From NCBI GenBank assembly GCA_002269645.1, contig NIVC01002334.1, positions 1 through 64,000 of the forward strand: 64,000 nucleotides of DNA, given 5' to 3'. The position numbers and the translations under genes were made by a program. The notes under the pieces are model-generated. The model made no database searches and was not told the DNA's origin. It saw nothing but the letters and a program-made list of their open reading frames with translations. The stretch's first letter is position 1, and every line of letters begins with the position of its first letter. Origin of the DNA: Macrostomum lignano. Lineage: Eukaryota. Of the stretch, positions 59,301 to 64,000 are shown piece by piece.

Positions 59301-62098
59301 TCTTTCGTATTGGCTGCTACACCCACTGCCAGCGACACGAAATGCTGCGATTATTATCTTGATTGCTTGAAGCACAGCTACGCTTGCAGCAACTCTCAGC
59401 TCGAGATATTCCGCTCAAACTCTATCGAGTCAAGCGGCTCTATAGGGCTTGAAGGCAGTCACGTGACTTGAGTCATTAAATTTTGAAGCCTGTTACGTCC
59501 AGTTCGAATTCGTTATGGAGCTGGTCCGCGCGATTAAGTCAATAATGCATCCAGAAAGAGAGATTATAGACTGGACTGAAACTGTGCTTTACGACTCAAA
59601 AAAGATAATTTTGAGTCAATAAATTCAGCTCGGGTTTGACTTTGATAGGGGCCTGTTGGATGCCTCGGGGCTCGAATGGACTCACTCCCACACTGCAGGG
59701 GTGCATTCGTATTTAATGGTCGGGGCGAGTTTGCCGTGTGGAAATCGATATTTAGCTTTGTCGATTTTTGAATCCATCGGTTTGTTTTAAATTTGTTTTA
59801 CCAGACTGCCTCAGCGGGCAATACGGCAATTCCGAACTGGTCCGAGCTCTGGGGCCCAGCAAAGGTGCTCGCGCAAGCGGCCGAGGAACCGTCAAGCAGG
59901 GCATTCGAAAGCGTTTCGAAAGTAAGTCACCAATGCGAAATTCCGACATCCATTGACGTACCAGATGTCAATGTCACATGTGTATTTTTTACAATGTCTA
60001 CCATTTTTTCAATGGATGTCGAAAGTATTCATGTGTCATCGACATTAAGACTCTACTTAGAAGCTTCTACTATCTTTCTCTCTCCACTGATTTATTTTTT
60101 TATTTTAGTCTTCGAGGACATGGCTAGCAACGGAGGGTAAGCTTGAGGCCAACTGTGTTGAATGTTAATTTGAATTTTACAAATACCAGCACTAGCGCGC
60201 ACATGAAATAGTTTATGATATTTTCCGCAATCCAAATATTTCAGCCTGGACAGCCGAAAAGGCAGCTTCTCTGATGAGACAAAAGCGGAAAGAGCCGAGA
60301 TATTTCTGAGAGTGAGTTCAAATACAGAAGGCGTTTAGAAAGCTAGAGAGAAGTCTTAAGCTTTAGCTTGCGATAATAATAAGATTATTTGTGAAAACCT
60401 TCCATTCATCCTTAATTGGATGTTATAACTGGGCACTTAAAACAAATTAATCTGCAGTACCAAGCCGAGAAGCTGCAAGATCGTAGCAAATACAAGTCGG
60501 TTTTCTACGATCGAGTTGGGCCGGAGTTCGAAGATCCAACTGCGAGACTGAGTAAGACTACATTTTTTATGCCAAACCAGCCCTATCAATTGTCTTTTTA
60601 AAATCGAAGAGAATGAAATGTAAAACAAAGGACTACTTAACAACAAGTAGTGCTGGGAGAAGGTCGCCACGGTTATCCCTCCAGACACGATGCAGTAGCC
60701 GTAGCTAGAGGCGGAGTTGATTTGGGATCCGTCAGTGAAGCAGTGGATTTCATGGGGCTTCCAGTTGTCTCTGGCCTCATGACGTCGTGGAATGCTGGTT
60801 TTGAATTTGAGCCGAGGGCAGAGCGTGGATGGGATTCCGTCCGAGAGGGTCAGCAGGCCTCCCGCTGCTTTCAGATCACGCCGTGCGGACGGAGGTTCCG
60901 CTTTCTGAAAGCGTCGAGCAGACGGCGGGTGGTCTTCATTGCCTCCCCTCTGACAAAGAGGTCAAGAGGGGATGTCCAGGAAGTAGTTCATGCCAGCAAA
61001 GGGCGTAGAGGGAGTCGTGCAATGGCAGTATATAGCTCGACAAGCGCGGCCTTGCACCCTGTTAAGAGCTTCAAGAACCCCTTTCACCTCTAGAGCACTG
61101 TTCCAGATGAAGCCGGCGAAGGAGCTGGTCTGGTCTAACAATGGCAGTGTAAACCCACCAGAGGCGGCGGGAGGAGAGGCCGCAGTTTTTAAGTAGTCCT
61201 TGTGTAAATCACGCGTCTCGGAGTTTCCGCTTATTGTAGTTTTGTTTAATCGATACTTCAGGCGCGTTACAGACGTCGGATAGTGAGGGCGATCTTCATG
61301 AGAATCACGGATCTGCTGCTACAACATCAGCCACTTCTGTTGGTGCAACGAATAACCGAAGTTCAGCTTTAAGATTAGCCGAACAGTCAGGAAACTTGTC
61401 AGACGAGTCGCAGCAGCCGCAGCCGCAAGACCAGCGAGGCGGTGAGCTGGCCGGAAGGCTGACCAGCAGCGGGCCCAGCCGAACTCTCTGGCGAAACATG
61501 CCGGAAGTTGCCGAAGCTGGACTGTTGGAATCGCTGTCTAAGGATGAGGTCAAGCTGAAGGAGGTACGTTGCTTTGAAAAACAAGTACAAAAAACAAGTT
61601 GTAACTAGCTTGTAGTAGAGACAGGATTTCTCATATGGTTAGGGATTTAACACCAGGGGCTTTAGCACCAGGGGCTTTAGCACCAGGGGCTTTAGCACCA
61701 AGTGCTTTAGCACCCGGGGCTTTAGCACCAGGGGCTTTAGCACCAGGGGCTTTAGCACCAGGGGCTTTAGCACCAGGGGCTTTAGCACCAGGAAGGGGCT
61801 TTAGCACTGGGTGCGCCCTAGCTACAAACTACGACCTTGCTAATGTATGCATCTACCAAACATATTGATTCAATTAGCAAAATGCATCTGAAAAATCGAT
61901 CTGATTTTCAACATAATTTCAGGCCCAGTTCGAATTCATCACTTCGGAGGCGTCTTACTACAAAAACTTGCTGGTCTTAGTTGACGTGTTCTACAACAGT
62001 TCCCTGTTTGATCACACACGCCAAAATGCACTGGTTAAGGCTCTGGATAAGCACCATCTGTTCTCAAATATCGTGGACATCATTGAGTGCTCAACCTC
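56336..62098 (+). CDS. Ephexin/SGEF-type RhoGEF, 5' part (DH domain begins; gene continues beyond the window)
   Basis: Phase-consistent exon chain 56336-56360, 56505-56573, 57338-57428, 57949-58061, 59805-59921, 60109-60136, 60245-60311, 60458-60551, 61262-61563, 61923-62098. The last two give LWRNMPEVAEAGLLESLSKDEVKLKE/AQFEFITSEASYYKNL..HHLFSNI, the ephexin pre-DH/DH signature. The N-terminal exons rest on splice phase only. Confidence 0.8.
58232..58542 (+). mobile_element. tRNA-derived CORE-type SINE, full length
   Basis: A box TAGCCTAGTGG and B box GGTTCGATTC. CORE-like TGTGTCCTTGAGCAAGACACTTAACTCTGCATTGCTTCAGT...CTGTAAAATGGG and a TTA-rich tail. Confidence 0.88.
60625..61203 (-). mobile_element. 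TIR-bounded element whose interior is a LINE post-RT/RNase H fragment
   Basis: TIRs ACAAAGGACTACTTAACAAC / GTTTTTAAGTAGTCCTTGT and a direct repeat GTAAA on both sides. The - strand interior reads RRLWWVYTAIVRP...ALNRVQGRACR...DLFVRGEA...HCFTDGS. Confidence 0.75.
61647..61818. repeat. 15-bp minisatellite (ACCAGGGGCTTTAGC) in a RhoGEF intron
   Basis: About 10 tandem copies. Confidence 0.92.
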
Positions 62099-62434
62099 GT
62101 AAGTGAACTGTTGGATTTTTTTAATTAGATACATGCGTCAAGACCCAAGCAACTTCATCACATGGCAGCCAACATCTTGACTTTGTACGATTATATGGAA
62201 CTATAAGGAATGAAAAATAAAAAAAAATCGGTTGCTGAAAAGTTTTCCAGATTTCCATTGGATTCAGACAAACAGATTTTTTGGAAAAAAAACCCAATAT
62301 TTAACAAAGTTGACAAGAAACAGAGAGATTTTGAAAGTATGACAAACTTTCACAGGAAAATTCTGATAGTTTTCTGGTCTAAAATTGTGTTCAATGCGTG
62401 TATAGGCTATACAACAAGTGTCTACGAAAATTCA

Positions 62435-63247
62435 CAGGCACGTCGCCAACTGGGGGGACAGGGGGGACATGTCCCCCTCAGTAAAAGCTATGGGGGTGGG
62501 GGGGACATGCAAATGCTTTGTCCCGGCCCATCCCACCCCACTTTGTGACCTGCTGTGGCAATCAATAAGTTTTCTTCAGGGCGCCAAAGAAAAAATGAGT
62601 GTCTGTGGCACTAAAAGTAATGCCTATGGCGCCGAAATGAGTGCCTGCGGCGCCAAAATGAGTGCCTGCGGCGCCAAAATGAGTGCCTGCGGCGCCAAAA
62701 TGAGTGCCTGCGGCAATAAAAGGAGTGCCTATGGCGCCGAAATGAGTGCCTGCGGCGCCAAAATGAGTGCCTGCGGCGCCAAAATGAGTGCCTGCGGCAA
62801 TAAAAGTAATGCCTATGGCGCTGAAATGAGTGCCTGCGGCGCCAAAATGAGTGCCTGCGGCGCCAAAATGAGTGCCTGCGGCAATAAAAGGAATGCCTAT
62901 GGCGCCGAAATGAGTGCCTGCGGCGCCAAAATGAGTGCCTGCGGCGCCAAAATGAGTGCCTGCGGCGCTAAAATGAGTGCCTGCGGCAATAAAAGGAATG
63001 CCTATGGCGCCGAAATGAGTGCCTGTGGCGCCAAAATGAATTCCTGCGGCGCCAAGATGAGTGCCTACAGCGCTAAAATGAATGCCTGTGGCGCCGAAAT
63101 GAGTGCCTGTGGCACTAAAATGAGTGCCTGCGGCGCCAAAATGAATGCCTGCGGCGCCGAAATGAATGCCTGCGGCGCTAAAAGGAATGCCTGTGCCATT
63201 CCATAAAATGCACAAAATCCACCATAAAATCCTTAGCGACGCCCCTG
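62435..63247. mobile_element. Second copy of the hAT-type MITE with an expanded 21-bp minisatellite
   Basis: TIRs CAGGCACGTCGCCA / TAGCGACGCCCCTG and a degenerate 8-bp TSD AAAATTCA / AATAGTCA. About 29 minisatellite units. Confidence 0.85.
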
Positions 63248-63539
63248 AATAGTCATAACGTTCCTATACCTGTTCCCAGCTCATTTCTAAGAAAGTCGAG
63301 TGTAGTGTCCTACTTGAACTGTTCATATACTGCTAGTGTGGCGCGAAAATCGCATTAGTGTGCAACCATGCGAGCGACACGCGTTCCATCAAGTCTTATC
63401 TACCAGAGTGTTTACCCTTGACATGCACTTGACAGCATAGATGTCAGTTTCTCGGTCAATGTTTCTCCGAATAAAATAGCTTCGCCACTTCATCGATTCT
63501 AATTAGATATTATCTCTGCCTGTTTATGAGTGCTAATAG

Positions 63540-63675
63540 AAAAAATAATAATTGATTATTAAACCTACCCTAATGTACTGATGTGACACCGACAGCTTAA
63601 AGACAGTGTACGGCTGTATAGTCCAAGGAGTGGGGGGGGGTGGGATCGCTTCACGCAACCTCAATTATCCCCAGC
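63540..63675 (-). mobile_element. 3' remnant of the CORE-type SINE, interrupted by a LINE
   Basis: TAATAATTGATT tail and SINE body, matching the 52543 copy up to CCTCAATTA(T)CCCCAGCTA. Confidence 0.65.

Positions 63676-64000
<325 letters not shown>

Noticed and set aside
60650-61196. Plus-strand ORFs as RhoGEF exons
   Set aside because: They are antisense to the LINE fragment, and the RhoGEF splices in phase from 60551 to 61262 without them.
55141-61818. The two 15-bp arrays as arms of one 6.7-kb foldback element
   Set aside because: They enclose ordinary RhoGEF exons, and no shared outer termini or TSD were found. They are more simply two dispersed copies.

Overview
Intron-rich, repeat-dense animal genomic DNA, with no prokaryotic operons or CRISPR arrays. 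A free-living flatworm such as Macrostomum is my inference from gene style and repeat content, not proven. Four host genes were reconstructed by hand with phase-consistent GT-AG junctions: a DEG/ENaC channel (2296-5164, -), the mitochondrial 2-oxoglutarate/malate carrier SLC25A11 (18630-28487, +), an atypical SLC17/VGLUT-like transporter (30133-51802, -) and the 5' part of an ephexin-type RhoGEF (56336 onward, +). Around them lie a decayed LOA-like LINE with a nested insertion, two more LINE fragments, CORE-type tRNA SINEs, several hAT/Tc1/MULE-type MITEs, a Crypton-like tyrosine-recombinase pseudogene, an AlkB-type pseudogene and many minisatellites. The outstanding object is a ~12.7-kb inverted-repeat structure inside the 16.6-kb intron of the SLC17 gene. 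Two oppositely oriented 112-bp satellite arrays enclose an intact four-exon gene that the ORF track shows only as separate pieces. Spliced, it encodes ~1134 aa: C2H2 zinc fingers, a tyrosine recombinase and a C-terminal PWWP chromatin-reader domain. It is a candidate new chromatin-targeted YR transposon.
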